Shown piece by piece: positions 11,228-25,589 of a stretch of DNA of 64,000 nucleotides. Position 1 is the stretch's first letter. The number at the start of each line of letters is the position of its first letter. Below the pieces are notes generated by a model. It did no database searches. It had not been told where the DNA came from and was given only the letters and a program-made list of their open reading frames with translations. This stretch comes from Mobula hypostoma (lineage: Eukaryota): the NCBI RefSeq assembly GCF_963921235.1, contig NC_086097.1, positions 114,020,001-114,084,000 on the forward strand, read 5' to 3'. A program made the position numbers and the translations under genes.

Positions 11228-12589
11228 GCCTACTTCTTCTCCAATTTGCCACTTTTCCCCAAGGCCAGCCCTGTACTGCAATCAGATTGGGGGAGCAAAT
11301 ATTGTGGAGACCGGTTGTCTCAAATTGAATAGTATTGCACCTGCAACCTGTGTTTCTATGGCATTCTTATAAGTAGAAAGAGGATGCCTCAAAGCACTTT
11401 ATATTTTGTAAGAATGATGCAATTGAAGCAAATGATTTAGAAGAAGTGGAGTTGGAGAAGGGTCATCTACCAGTGATAATTTTCAGATTAAAGGAAATAG
11501 CCACGTCCTATGTACTACAGAGCCCTATGCTGATTTCCTCTATCTCTATCATTTACATTGTGAATGTGGTGAATGCTTCATGTACACCAAATTCAAAATT
11601 CAAAACATACAGTGAAATGTGACATTTGTATTAACAACCGACAGACCCGAGGGTGTGCTGGGGGCAGCGGGCAAGTGTTGCTGTACATTCTGGTGCCCAC
11701 AGTGCCCAGCAGAACAACACAGAACACAGGAAGCAACCAAATGAGAACAGCAAATCAAGCCCCCATTCCTCCCTCCCACTCACACATATACGCAGTCCTC
11801 TAAGCCCAAGGCAGTCTGTATTCGTCGGCCTCCAGCCTCCAGTGGACCCAGACTTAGACATGGATACAGGCGTTGTGCCTTTGACTTCCCCAACAGAAAT
11901 TCGTAGAAATTCATAGCCCTGCAGCTCCAACCATTGGGCCTCGACATCCAACTTCCGGTTCTACTGAATCAGATATGAGAATTCCGATTCACATGTCGCA
12001 GTATTCAGCTCTCCATTATCCCCTAGGCTATTCTCTCAGAATGCAAAATTGAAGCAGTAGCCCCCCCCCCCCCCCATTCTCACAAGTACCTCCCTCACCT
12101 TGACTCAGTTCCATTGCCATTTCTGGTTGCCATCTCAGACAGAGGAAGGATTTACAATAGGAATTTCTCCTTTGCACGGGCAGTACATTGCTGAGGTCAA
12201 TGCACATAGAACACCTGTAATGAGAACAAAAATCTGCATTATTGAATTTTAATATAATGCAAATTCCTTAATTTAATCTCCTCCCAAACTGCTGCTATTT
12301 CCATATCTGTCCACTTACCCATCATTCCGATTTGCTGCCCTCCTCCTTCTTGAACTGTCCTTTCTGCTGAGAAACACTCATCTGTACAATACTTCTGTGA
12401 GCGTGTGACTGACTTCTTCAATCCTTTCTGAAGTGATCTTATGCCTGTTCGGCGACAGGCCATTCAAAATGCTATAGCTTACTTATCAGTGACTCAATGT
12501 ACATGAAACCTCCTCTCCTTCCTAAATAAGGAAGCCTATGTCAGATAGAGTTCTACATGGGTGAATAGGAGGTGACCAATGAGGTTAGG

Positions 12590-12814
12590 GGAGGGAGGGG
12601 AGGGGAACGTCGACTCAGACCATGAGAGACCTGCATCAGGCATTTTCATGCCTTACAAGGCACAGATTGGAAGTCTGTGTGGGGCGCCACTCCTCACACA
12701 GACACGAGAGCAAGTGCCTTGCTCAAGGACACAAAAATGCTGCCACAGCTGAGGCTCAAACTAGTGACCTTCAGATCACTAGACGAATTCCTTAACCGCT
12801 TGGCCACGTGCCCG
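12590..12814 (-). mobile_element. tRNA-derived SINE with a CORE-like central motif
   Basis: Minus strand GGGCACGTGGCCAAGCGGTTAAGG ... GTTTGAGCC ... GTGTCCTTGAGCAAGGCACTT. Head shared with 39008-39282. Confidence 0.75.
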
Positions 12815-12844
12815 TGAGGGCAAGTCTTATGTTACAGAATATGG

Positions 12845-15800
12845 AACATAGAACAGTACAGAAAACACAGGAACAGGCCCTTCATCCCACAATGTTGTGC
12901 TGAACCAAATAAATTAGTAATCAAATGGCCAACTAAACTAATCCCTCATGCCCACACAATGTCCATAATCCTCCATTTCATCCTCATTCACGTGCTTCTC
13001 AAAACATTTCTTAAAAGTCCCTAATGTATTTGCCTCTACCACCACACCAGGCAGTGCATTCCAGGCATGCACTACTCTCTGTGTAAAAAACTTGTCTTTA
13101 ATATCTCCTTTAAAATTAGCCCGCCCCCCACTTTAAATGCATGCCCTCTGGTATTAAATATTTCAAATCTGAGAAAAAGATATTTACTCTCTAACTACAC
13201 CTCTACAAATCGTATCAACCTCTATCAGATCTCCCCTCAGCCTCTGCTGCCCCAGAGAAAACAAGCCAAGTTTGACAATCTCTTGTCATAGCACATCCCT
13301 CTAATCCAGGCAACATCCTGGTAAACTTCTTCTGCACCCTCTCGAAATCCTTCCTATAAAGGGGTGACCAGAACGGTACACAGGACTCGGAGGAGGTCGA
13401 TGGGGGAACGATAGGACATATCCATAAGCTCCAACATGCACATTAGACTGCTTCATTAAAATGGGCCCTTTTTCTTTTTATTTTCTTTACTAACCCTATA
13501 GTCAGAGTAAGATTTATAAAGTTCAATTTTTAAATTGCATATGGTGTACTGTCTGATATTTTGTGGTTCGGATTTGTAACCGGGCAACCCATCACACAGC
13601 ATCCACAGGAATGAGATTTCTCAGTTTGACTGGGCCAGAGACTACCCTCCCCTGGACAAACACATGCTGGCCAAACCTGAAGGTTACATACATTATCCAC
13701 AATGTCATCAATCTTAATATCATCTGCAAACTTACAAACCCACTCAACTACATTTTCTTCCAGGTCACTTACATACATCACATACAGCAGTGGCCCCAGC
13801 ACAGATCTCTGTGGAACATCACTAACCACAGACCTCCAGCTAGAATAAGCCCTTTTGACCACTACCCCCTGTCTTCTATGGGCAAGCCAATTCTGAATCC
13901 AAATGGCCAATTCACCATGGGTCCCATGCATTTTCATCTTCTGCAATGAGGCCCCCAAGAGGGGTTTTATTAAACACCTTCCTAATATCCATGTAGACAA
14001 CATCCACAGCCCTACCTTCATTAATCTCCCTCATCACTTTATTAAAGAACTCATTCAAGTTAATTAGACATGACTTACATCACAGAAAGCCATGCTGGCT
14101 CTCCCTAATTAGGTCATGTTTTCCAAATGCTCATCAATCCTATCCCTAATAATTTTCTCCAGTAACTTCCCTACCACTGACATGAGACTCAGCAGTCTAT
14201 AGTTTCCGGGATTATTCCTGGTTCCCTTTCTGAATGATCAAACAACTTTGAACTACTTGCTAGTTCTCCAAGACTGCACCTCTAGCAAGAGAGGACACAA
14301 AGATCCTGACCAACGCTCCAGCAATTTCTTCACTTGCCTCTCATTATAATCTTAGGCATATGCCATCAGGCCCTGGAGTTAGTGATTTTTAAGAAACCAA
14401 AGTCTACTTCCTCATTTATTTTGAAAAGCCCTAGCTTATTAATACTCTCAGCCCTGATCTTCCTATCCTCCACATCCTTCTTCTTGGTAGATATTGATGC
14501 GAAGTCCTCATTAAAGACCTGACTACATCCTTTGTGTGCAAGCAAATGTTCCCACCTTTATCCTTGAGTGGTCCTATCCTCTCCCTAGTTCTTCTATTGT
14601 TCCTGACGTATGGACAGAATGTCTTAGGATTCCCTTTAATGTAATTTGCTGAGGACTTTTCATGGCTTGGCTTTCCTAATTCTTTTCTTGAGTTCTTTTC
14701 TGGCTTCTTTATAATCTTTCAGGGCTCCGTTTGATTCTAGCTTCCTTAGATACTTTTAGATACTTCCTTACATACTTTTCCTTTATCTTCTTGACTAAGT
14801 TCATCACCTACCTCGATATCCAAGGTTCCCCTACCTTGCCATCCGTGCCTTTCCTTCTGACTGGAACATACCTGTCCCCTGAACTCTTTACAGTTGGTCT
14901 TTAAACACCTTCTACATTGTGGATGAAAACCTGGCCAAAAACAACTGTTCCCAATTAACTTTCTCTAATTCCTGCTTAATGCTCCTGTAATTTACCCTGC
15001 TCCAGTTTAATACTTACCCACAAGTTCCATACTTATCTTTATTTATAGATATCTTAAATCTTAAGGAGTTGTGGTCACTGTTCCCTAACTGCTCACCCAC
15101 TGAAAGGTCGGTTACCTGGCCAGGACCCAACACCAGATCCAGCAGAGCCCCCGTTCTTGTTGGACTATCTACATATTGATTTAAGAAACCCTCTTGGATG
15201 TACCTGACAAATTCTGCCCCATTTAAATTACTTGCATTTAAGTTTATATTAGGGAATTTGAAGTCCCCCATGACAATAACCTTTTACATCTTTCCTTAAT
15301 CTGCTTGCATATCTGTTCCTCAATGTCCTGGTGGCTATTGGATGGTCCGTAGTACAATCCCATCAGAGTGATGGCACCCTTCCTATTTTTGACTTCTGCC
15401 CATATAGACTGAGTGGATGAGCTCTCCAATATGTCCCCTTTGAGTGAAGCTGTGATATTTTCCCTGACTAGTGGTGCAACTCCCCCCTCCCTTTTAGTTC
15501 CCTCTATCATCTTTTCTAAAACATTAAAACACTGGAACATTAAGCACTCATTCCTGTCCCCCTCTTAACTAAGTCTCTGTAATGGCAACAGCATCATAAT
15601 TCCATGTACTGATCCATGCTGTAACTTTGTCACGTTTACACATAATACTCCCAGCATTAAAATACACACTTCAAATTATCCATCCTATTGTATTCATTAC
15701 TTTGCTCCTACCTGTTTTCACTGGTCCTGACATCCACCTTCCTCTGCATCTCTCCACTTGCTAACCTCATGCTTTGGTTCCTATCCCCCTGTCAAACTAG

Positions 15801-16280
15801 ATTAAATCCTCCTGAGTAGCACTAACAAACCTCCCAGCCAGGAGTTTGGTTCCCCTCCAGTTTAGGTGTAAGCTATCCCTCTTTACAGGTCATCCCTGCC
15901 TCAGAAGAAGTTCCAACGCTCCAATAACCTGAAACCTTGTCCCCTGCTCTAGTTCCTCAGCCATTCATTCATCCATACCATCATCCTATTCCTGACTACA
16001 TGTTGCAGTGGGGTTCTGCTCTTTAGCCTCTTTCCAAACTCCTTATACTCCTTCCCCCCTTCTACCTACGTCATTAGTGCTAACGTGCACCACAACCTCC
16101 TGCTGCTTACTCTCCCGCTTGAGAATATTCAGCAGCTGCTCTGAGACATCCTGGATCCTAACACTTGTGGGACAACAATCATCCTGGTATCCCTTTCTCA
16201 GCCACAGAATCTCCTGTACATCCCTCTAAATGTTGAGTCTTCTATCACTATCACTCTGCCTAAATTTACCCTTACCTTCT
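12845..16280 (-). mobile_element. Degenerate CR1 LINE with internal deletions (ORF1 esterase part, APE, RT, 3' tail)
   Basis: SIWAEVKNRKGAITLMGLYYGPSNS, MGDFKFPNIN..GNSDHNS, DVPQRSVLGPLLY..FADD. Tail aacatagaacagtacag at ~12845. Confidence 0.9.
13381..13688 (+). mobile_element. Partial LTR-like insertion inside CR1, at a CR1 deletion breakpoint
   Basis: Non-CR1 block ending GGTTACA. The flanking CR1 sequence is non-contiguous (QFWSP region joined to FADD region). Confidence 0.4.
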
Positions 16281-16530
16281 GAGCCTCAGAGCAGGCTCCA
16301 GTGTCTGCACTACTCATTTAATCCATCTTTAATTAATTTACTGGAATACATGTTTTTCAATGTATTATGCATTGTACTGTGCTGCTGCCACAAAGCCAAC
16401 AAAGTTCATGACTTATGGATGGCGGGGACATTAAACCTGATTCTGAGTTAGCCATGTAAACAATACCATTGCAAAACTATTCCTCCTCGAGCCATCTGGA
16501 GAGCAGAATAATTAAATGAAGATGTTCCGG

Positions 16531-17267
16531 GAATCAGAATCAGGTTTAATATCCCTGGCGTATGTCGTGAGATTTGTTGTTATGCGGCATCAGTACGTTA
16601 CAAGACATAGTAATAAAATCTATAAATTACATTAAGTAAATATAAAAAAGTTAAATTAAATAATGCTCGCCACGGTGCTTCTGTAGAAATTTGTAATTGT
16701 ATTTGGTGACACACCAAATCTCCTCAAACTTCTAATGAAATATAGACACTGTTGTGCTTTCTTTGTAACTGCATCAATATGTTGGGCCCAGGATAGATCG
16801 TCAGAGCTGTTGACACCCAGGAACTTGAACTTGCTCACCCTTTCCAGTTTGATCCCTCTGTGAGGACTGGTGTGTGTTCCCTTATCTTACCCTTTCTGAA
16901 GTCCACAATCAATTCTTTGGTCTTACTGACATTAAGTGCAAGCTAGTTGCTGCAATACCACTTAACCAGCTGATCTATCTTGCCCTTATACACCTTCTTG
17001 TCACCATCTGAAATTCTGCCAACAATAGTTGTGTTGTCAGCAAATTCATTGATGACACCTGAGCTGTAACTAGCTGTGCATTCATGGGTGTAGAGTGAGT
17101 AGAGATTTCCAATCTGCACAGACTGTGGCCTTCCAGTGAGGACGTCAAGGATCCAGTTGCAGAGGGAGGTACAGAATTTGGAGCTTTTTGATCAGAACTT
17201 TAAGAATGATTTTGTTAAATGCTGAAATGTACTCAATGAACAGCAGCCCCATGTAAATATTAGTATT
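16531..17267 (-). mobile_element. Rex1/Babar LINE fragment with internal deletion
   Basis: FKFLGVNSSDDLSWAQHIDAVTKKAQQCLYFIRSLRRFG and (agaatc)n tail. Confidence 0.85.
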
Positions 17268-20228
17268 GGTTTTTCTGTGGCAAAATACTTCTGATGAATT
17301 GTGGAGCTCAATTGAAGAACTAACAAGTAAAGAACTATGCCTTATAATTAAAGAACTCTGGCTGATAAGAAAATTGTGCTCTTGCTTACCAGTCCTGGTT
17401 GTTAATTGTGATGGGGTCTTGGTCTAAGATAAAGCCGGAAAAGAGGAAAGGAAACAGATGTATTTTTTTATCCAGTCTTTGGATACGTGAAAGCTTGAAT
17501 GATTGATTTCAGAATCATAAGCTTCTGGACAGGGGTATGAACAAAGAAACCTTTAAGAAGATTGGAAGAAAAATCACTTAAAAGAAGGGTTGTCTAAGAT
17601 ATTGGTAGTAGGAACTCGAGAACAACCATTATAAGAAGAGGGGTCCTAAGTTTGGAACTCAGAGAAGACCTGCTGGACTGAACAAGACAAGTTTTGTCTC
17701 ACACCAGTGTTATTTAAGCTGTGAGTCTTGTGATATAATATAAGAAGTGATTATTTAGAATGATAAATTAAATGAAAAGTTGTTCTAAGACAGTTGAATG
17801 CATGCACGTTTAGGTAAACTGAGTGGTCATAAAGTTTAAGTTGTACTAAACCTTGGTTTCGGAACATCAGCTGATACCCTATAAAGGCAGAAGGGTCAGC
17901 AATTTCATATTTTTCAACAACAAAGATGATTGTTCCCCCTCTGCCTGTTTCCCAATTATTTAAAATTTTATATCAAATGATGGAAAGGAAAGCTTGGGAA
18001 GGACACAAGAATTATTATATTTATCTTGGCAATTACATAATTGGCAACTTCTACAGCTCAACACAGAAATATTGAAATTTTTATATAAAATAAACTTTAT
18101 TCAAAATAAAAAAATGTTTACAAAAAATGAACCTTGTCATTCTTACATTGACAGTCAATGCTTTCAGTAGAGTTCTATTACATTCCTTAAAGCCAGTGGG
18201 ACTGTTGCCACTCATGTGGTCCCCTTGGGTAGTGCACTATTACAATAATTGAAGGACATCCTATCCTGACCCCTCCCTCTCCAGTAGCAGAGGAACCCTA
18301 TTCTGTGATCTTTCCTAGAAACATAGGTTTTTTGACAACAGAAGAGGCAGCAATTTATGCTATTGTATCCTCACTGTCTCTACAAGAACAATCCATTCCT
18401 TGCCCACTGCTTGACTCTAACTTGACTGCCTTGAAAACTTTTCTCCAGTATAGATTTATCCAATTCCCTCTCGAAGGCCACATTGGAAACTGCCCCTACC
18501 ACACCAGGAACTCTGTGTTCCAGGTTCCATAGAGAATTTGTTGCAAGGATTCAATTGGGAGAAGTGTGCAGACACAGCAGCTCGTCATCGTGCAAGGCTG
18601 CTGAGAAGATTTAAAAAGTGAGGAGTTTCTGTCAGCGGGAAATATGATTGGGAGAAGTGTGCAGACGCAGTAGCTCCTGCAGCGGGCAAGGCCGCTGAGA
18701 GGGTTCTGGGATAAAAGAGAGACGCTGCCTAGTGGAGCGGTCATCAGAGTAGCATGAGGCAGAGTTGTAGGGCTTTGGCTCATCAGGGCTTAGGTGATGG
18801 TGGGCCTAAGTGAATAAGGAGGTAAGTTTCTTTCATAACCCTTTTTTCCTCTAATTTAAGAACAGTGGGCATGACTACAAGGCCAGTTTTCTGCTCAGGG
18901 TGTCAGATGTGGGATATCCAGGAGATTTCCAGCCTCCCTGATGGCCACATCTGCACGAGGTGCATCATGCTGCTACTCCTTAGAGTCTGAGTGAGGGAAC
19001 TGGAGAGGCTGCTCGATGACCTTGGGCTTGTAAGGGAAAGTGAGGAGGTGATCGATAGGAGATGCAGGCAGGTAGTCACACCAGGGCCACAGGAGACTGA
19101 TTGGGTGACTGTCAGGAGAGGAAAGGGAGAGCATCAGGTAGTGGAGAGCACCCCTATGACCGTCCCCGTTAACAATAAGTACTCCATTTTGAGTTCTGCT
19201 GGGAAGGACAATCTACCTGGGGGACACAACAATGTCTGTGCCTCTGGCCCTGTGGCTTAGAAAGATAGGAACAGAAGAGAATGGCATCAGTAATAGGGGA
19301 ATCTATAGTTATGGGGACATATAGGTGATTCTGTGGGCATGAAAAAGAAACAAGGATGGTAGTTTGCCTCCCGGGTGCCAGGGTTCATGATGTTTCTGAA
19401 CACAGCCACAATATCCTGAAACAGGAGGGTGAGCATCCAGAGGTCGTGGTACATATTGGTACCAACGACATAAGAAGGAAAAAGGAACAGCTCTTGAAAA
19501 CAGAATACAGGGAGTTAGAAAGGAAGCTGAGAAGCAGGATCTCAGGGGTAGTAATCTCAGGATTGCCACACGAGAGTGAGTATAGGAATAGAATGAGGTG
19601 GAAGATAAATGCGTGGCTGAGGGATTGGAGCAGGGGCAGGGATTCAGATTGGAGCAGGTGTGAACTGTACAAAAAGGATGGATTGCACTTGAATCCGAGG
19701 GGGAACAGTATCCTGGTGGGGAGGTCTACTATTGCTGTTGGGGAGGATTTAAACCAGATTTACAGTGGGGTAGGAACCAGAGCGAAGAGGCAGAGGTTGG
19801 GGCGGTTGGCACACAAATAGTGACAGCTAGTAGGGAGTTTGTGAGGAGGGATAGGCAGATGTTAGAGCAAAGATGCACTCAGCCTGATGGTTTGAGATGT
19901 GTCTATTTTAATGCAAGGAGTATCATAAACAAGCTGGACGAACTTAGAGCGTGGATCAATACATGGAACTATGATGTGGTCATTACAGAGACTTGGATGT
20001 CTCAGGGGTAAGAATACCAGGCTTTAGATGTTTCAAAAGGGACAGGGAGGGAGGCAAAGGCTGCAGAAATTGAGGCAGTCATGGAAGGATTATCTGCTGA
20101 GTCTCTGTGGGTGGAAGTCAGAAACAGGAAGGGGACCATAACTCTACTGGGTGTTTTTTATAGACACCCAATAATAACAGAGACATCGTGGATTAGGTTG
20201 GGATGCAGATTCTGGAACAGTGACAGGC

Positions 20229-20863
20229 AGGAGGAGAAGATGGCAGCACGACGCAGCGCGCGCAGCTCTCCGGTAAAATGATATTATATCTGTTAAATAG
20301 GGGCCGTGGACAATTCTGATTTGATGAAGACAGACATGAGAAGCAGAGGAACATCCGGAGAAATTTCTGAAATGCCTGGTTTTGCTGCCATTGTTACTGT
20401 GCGATCAAGAATCTCCGGAGGGAAGGCGCCAAAATCCCCGGCTTTGCCTGCTGCTGACGACTGAGGCTGATGTCGAAGCGTTCAGATGGAGATGGTGCTT
20501 GGTACTTGGTGTCGGATGGCTGATCAGAGCTCAAAGTTTTCGGACAACTCAGAGTTGGACTGTGGTCGGTATGGCAGGGAGAGTTTTCTTCCTTCTCCTG
20601 TCTGCGTGAGATGTGGGACTTTCGAGAATCTTTGAACTTTTTTACTGTGCCATGGCCTGTTCTTCATCAAGTTATGGTATTGTTGCACTGTTGTAACTAT
20701 ATGTTATAATTATGTGATTTTGTTAGTTTTTCAGTCTTGGTCAGTCTTGTGTCTCTGTGATATCACACCGGAGGAACATTGTATCATTTCTTAAATGACT
20801 AAATGACAAAAAAAGTGGACTGCGTGTCCTCATAATCTAGTCTAATCTAATAATCTAATAATA
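20229..20863 (+). mobile_element. ~680-bp non-coding retroposon, copy 2, inserted in the CR1 APE region
   Basis: Homologous to 3226-3909 along its length, with a (TAATC)-type tail. Confidence 0.85.
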
Positions 20864-21038
20864 ATACAGTTGTTGTGATGGGAGACTTTATCTTATCTAT
20901 TATTGACTGGCATCTCCTTAGAGGAAGGGGCTTAGATGGGGTGGAGTTTGATGGGTTTGCTCAGGGAACACTTGCATGGCCTTCTGCATAGGTATGTTCC
21001 ATTGAGGCAGGGAAAGGATAGTAGGGTAAAAGAACCAT

Positions 21039-21483
21039 TAGATTATTGTCATCTTTTATTGTCATTTAGTATGGATGCATTAAGAAATGATACAATGTTC
21101 CTCCAGAATGATATCACAGAAACACAAGACAAACCAAGACTGAAAAACTGACAAAACCCACATAATTACAACATATAGTTACAACAGGGCAAAGCAATAC
21201 CGAAATTTGATAAAGAACAGACCATGGGCACAGTAAAAAAAAGTCGCAAAGTCTCTTTAAAGTCCTATCATCTCACACAGACGGTAGAAGCAAGAAAAAC
21301 TCTCCCTGCCATGAGCTTCCAGCACCGTAAACTTGCCGATGCAGCACCCTGGAAGCACCCAACCATAGCCGACTCTTGAGTCCATCCGAAAACTTCGACC
21401 CCGGCCCCGGCAACAGGCAATAGGCAAAGCTGAGGATTTGGGGCTTTCCTCGCCAGAGATTCTCAATCGCACAGTAGCAGCAG
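21039..21483 (-). mobile_element. ~680-bp non-coding retroposon, copy 3 (5'-truncated, inverted)
   Basis: Reverse complement of the 3' two-thirds of copy 1. Host CR1 rejoins gaaccat|ggtgtac with CAT repeated at both junctions. Confidence 0.85.
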
Positions 21484-23314
21484 CATGGTGTACAAAGGGT
21501 GTAGAAAATCTAGATAAGAAGAAAAGAGAAGCTTATGAAAGGTTCAAGTAACTAGGTGCTGACAGAGTTCTAGAAAATTACAAGGGTGCTAGGAAGGAGA
21601 TTAAGAATGAAATTAGGAGAACTAGAAGGGGCCATGAGAAGGCTTTGGTGAGCAGGGTTAAGGAAAACCCTAAGGCATTCTATAAGTATGTGAAGAGCAA
21701 GAGGATGAGCCAATGAGAATAGGACCAATCAGGTGTGACAGTGGAAAAGTGTGTATGGAACCGGAGGAAGTAGCAGAGGTACCTAATGAATACTTTGCTT
21801 CAGTATTCACCAGGGAAAAGGACCTTGGCAATTGTGGGATGACTTATAGCAGACCAAAATGCTTGAGCATATAGACATTAAGAAAGAGGATGTACTGGAG
21901 CTTTTGAAAAGCATTAAGTTAGGTGCATCACTGAGATGAGAAGTGGCAGATAGAGTTCAACTCAGATAAGTGTGAAGTGGTTCATTTTGGTAGGTCAAAT
22001 TTGAAGACAGGATATAGTATTAATAGTAAGACTCTTGGCAATGTGAAGGATCAGAGAGATCTTGGGGTCTGTGCCCATGGGACACTCAAAGCAGCTGCGC
22101 AGGTTGATAGTGTTGTTATGAAGGCTTATGGTGTGTTGGCATTCATCAACCATGGGATTGAGTTCAAAAGCTGTGAGGTAACGTTACAGCTATATAAGAC
22201 CTTGGTCAGAGGCCATGTCTACAGTTCTGGTCACCTCACTACAGGAAGGATGTGGAAACTATAGAAAGAGTATAGAGGAAATTTACAAGGATGTTACGCG
22301 GATTGGAGTGTGTGCGTTATGAGAATAGGTTGAGTGAACTTGGCCTTTTCTCCTTGGAGTAGCGGAGGATGAGACGTGACCTGATAGAGGTGTATAAATT
22401 GATGAGAGGCGCCGATCGTGTGGATAGACAGAGGCTTTTTCCCAGAGCTGAAATGGCTAACACAAGGGGGCATAGTTTTAAGGTGCTTAGAAGTAGGCAC
22501 AGAATGGATGTCAGGGGTAAGTTTTTCACACCGAGAGTAGGGGTGCATGGATTGCACTGCCAGCAGTGGTAGTGGAAGTGGATACAATAGGGTCTTTTAA
22601 GAGACTCTTAGATAGGTACATGGAGCTCAGAAAAATAGAGAGCTATGTGGTAGAGTAATTCTAAGCAGTTTCTGCAGTAGGATACACTGCCAGCACAATG
22701 TTGTGGGCTGAAGGGCCTGTAATGTGCTGCAGATTTCTATGTTCTATGTTCTAGAAGATAGGAAGTGCAAGGTCCAGAAATTAGAGTTCCTTTATTATAA
22801 TCTAGGCTAAGGTCTTTCCTTAGTCCTCATGGAGAAATTACAAATCTGTTACTAATATACAGTATGTGGTTTAGATATATCCTGCATTCATTTTATTTAT
22901 TGGTTGCTATGCTATTGTTCAGGCTCATATGTGCCCAATAAAAGATCCTAGATATGTCTCAGAATATTTTTTCACTCAGTATGCTTCATCGTTACAATTA
23001 TATCCTTGAGCAATTACCCACTGATTTGTCAATCACAGTCACCTGGAGCTGGGTGCAGGCATATAGCACATATCGAAGTGTTTCTTTTCTCCTGATTGTA
23101 AAAGTGCCAAATGAGGTAAAGCACAAACAATTCCTTAGAAGGTATGAGAATGCAACACATCACAGCTGATATTCAAAATGGGAAGGAGATAAACACAATT
23201 AGCAGTTGGTGTTATTTTAAGACTGGAATGCAAGCACTTGGAGTAAAAGTTCGTGACTGCTTTCTCTGCAGGTGCCCGAGGCAGCAATTGGAAAATTGCT
23301 CACTATCAGACTAT

Positions 23315-24345
23315 GAGACCATAAGACAGCAGAGCAGAATCAGACCATTCAGTCTATTGAGTTTGCTCTGCCATTCCGCTAAGGCTGATTTATTATTCCT
23401 CTCAACCCCATTATCCTGTCTTCTCCCTGTAACCTTTGACACCCTTACTAATCAAGAATCTTTTGTGTTCTGTTTTAAATATACTCAATGACTTGGCCTC
23501 CACAGCCATCTGTGCAATGAATTCCACAGATTCACCATCGCCTGATGAAAGAAATCCCTCCTCCTCCTCCCCTCTATTCTGAATGGATGTCTCTCTATTC
23601 TGAGACTGTGTCCTCTGTTCCTAGACTCCCCCACTATAGGAAACAACCACTCCACATCAACTCTATCCAGGCCATTTGACATTCGATAGGTTTCAATGAG
23701 ATCCCACCCTCATTCTTCTAAATTCCAGTGAGTACAGGCCCAGAGCCATCAAACGTTCCTCATATGTTAACCCTTTCATTCCCAGAATCATTCTCATGAA
23801 CCTCCTCCAGACCCTCTGCAATGCCAGCACATCTTTTCTTAGATAAGAGGCACAAAGCTGCTTCCAATACTCCAACTGTAGTCTGACCAATGCCTAATAA
23901 AGCCTCAGCATTACATCTAGTATTCTATTCCTCTCAATATGAATGCTAACATTGCATTTGCTTTCCTTGTCACCAACTCAACCTGCAAGTTAACCTTTAG
24001 GGAATCCTGCACAAGGACTTCCCAAGTCCCTCAGCCCTTTTGATTTTTGAATTTTTACCCCACTTAGAAAATAGTCTATGCTTTTATTTCTTCTACCAAA
24101 GTGCATGACCATATACTTCCCCACACTGCATTCCATCTGCCTCATCTTTGCCCATTCTCCTAATCTGTCCAAGTCCATCTGCAGACTCCCTGCTTCCTCA
24201 ACACTACCTGCCCCTCCACCTATCTTTCTATGATCAGCAAACTTGGCTACAAAGCTTTCAAGTCCATCATCCAAATGATTCACATATAATGTGCAAAGAA
24301 GTGGTCCCAACCCTGACCCCTATGGAGCAAGACTAATCACTGGCA
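23315..24345 (-). mobile_element. 5'-truncated CR1
   Basis: GPLLCTLYVNHLDD..FADHRK and MVRLQLEYW..LALQRVWRRF. Confidence 0.9.
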
Positions 24346-24388
24346 GGTTCTGAGAAATTTTAATCACGCCGTCTGTACCTACAAACAT

Positions 24389-25085
24389 TCAGAATCAGAA
24401 TCAGAATCAGGTTTATTATCACCGGCATGTGATGTGAAATTTGTTAACTTAGCAGCAGCAGCAGTTCAATGCAATACATAATCTAGCAGAGAGAGAAAAA
24501 AATAAATAAAATAAGACATAATAAAAAATAAACAAGTAAATCAATTACATATATTGAATAGATTTTAAAATGTGCAAAAACAGAAATACTGTATATTAAA
24601 AAAAGTGAGGTAGTGTTCAAAACTTCAATGTCCATTTAGGAATCGGATAGCAGAGGGGAAGAAGCTGTTCCTGAATCGCTGAGTGTGTGCCTTCAGGCTT
24701 CTGTATCTCCTACCTGATGGGAACAGTGAGTAAAGGGCATGCCCTGGGTGCTGGAGGTCCTTAATAATGGACGCTGCCTTTCTGAGACACCGCTCCCTAA
24801 AGATGTCCTGGGTACTTTGTAAGCTCGTGCCCAGGATGGAGCTGACTAGATTTACAACCTTCTGCAGCTTCTTTTGGTCCTGTGCAGTAGCCCCTCCATA
24901 CCAGACAGTGATACAGCCTGTCAGAGTACAACTATAGAAGTTTTTGAGTGTATTTCTTGACATGCCAAATCTCTTCAAACTCCTATTAAAGTATAAGCGC
25001 TGTCTTGCCTTCTTTATAACTACATCAATATGTTGGGACCAGGTTAGATTCTCAGAGATCCTGACACCCAGGAACTTGAAACTGC

Positions 25086-25118
<33 letters not shown>

Positions 25119-25580
25119 ACTCTGCTTCCTCTATGAGGATTGGTATGTGCTCCTTCATCTTACCCTTCCTGAAGTTCACAATCAGCTCTTTCATCTTACT
25201 GACGTTGAGTCCCAGGTTGTTGCTGCGGCACCACTCCACCAGTTGGCATATCTCACTCCTGTACATCCTCTCGTCACCACCTGAGATTCTACCAACAATG
25301 GCTGTATTGTCAGCAAATTTGTAGATGGTATTCGAGCTATGCCTAGCCACACAATCATGTGTATATAGAGAGTAGAGCAGTGGGCTAAGCACACACCCCT
25401 GAGGTGCACCAGTGCTGATTGTCAGCGAGGAGGATATGTTATCACCAATCCACACAGATTGTGGTCTTCCGGTTAGGAAGTCGAGGATCCAATTGCAGAG
25501 GGAGATACAGAGGCCCAGGTTCTGCAACTTCTCAATCAGGATTGTGGGAATGATGGTATTAAATGCTGAGCTATAGTCAA
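24389..25580 (-). mobile_element. 5'-truncated Rex1/Babar LINE, relatively young
   Basis: [41 protein letters not shown] and RFRNSFFPSAIRFLN. (agaatc)n tail; internal (CT)n at ~25085-25118. Confidence 0.95.
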
Positions 25581-25589
25581 AGACATTTT

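Larger units (their letters stand above)
18547..22752 (+). mobile_element. Near full-length CR1 (5' UTR repeats, ORF1 Zn-finger/coiled-coil/SGNH esterase, APE, RT core deleted) carrying two nested retroposons
   Basis: ATG at 18871 gives MTTRPVFCSGCQMW..HICTRC. VVCLPGARV..HIGTND..DGLHLN; CVYFNARSI..ITETW. Jumps from LKSIKL to EKWQ at ~21920-21950. (ttctatg)n tail. Confidence 0.9.

Noticed and set aside
12310..12470. Possible minus-strand exon ending at a GTAAGT donor (~12318)
   Set aside because: No recognisable protein in any frame and only weak acceptors; a donor alone is insufficient.
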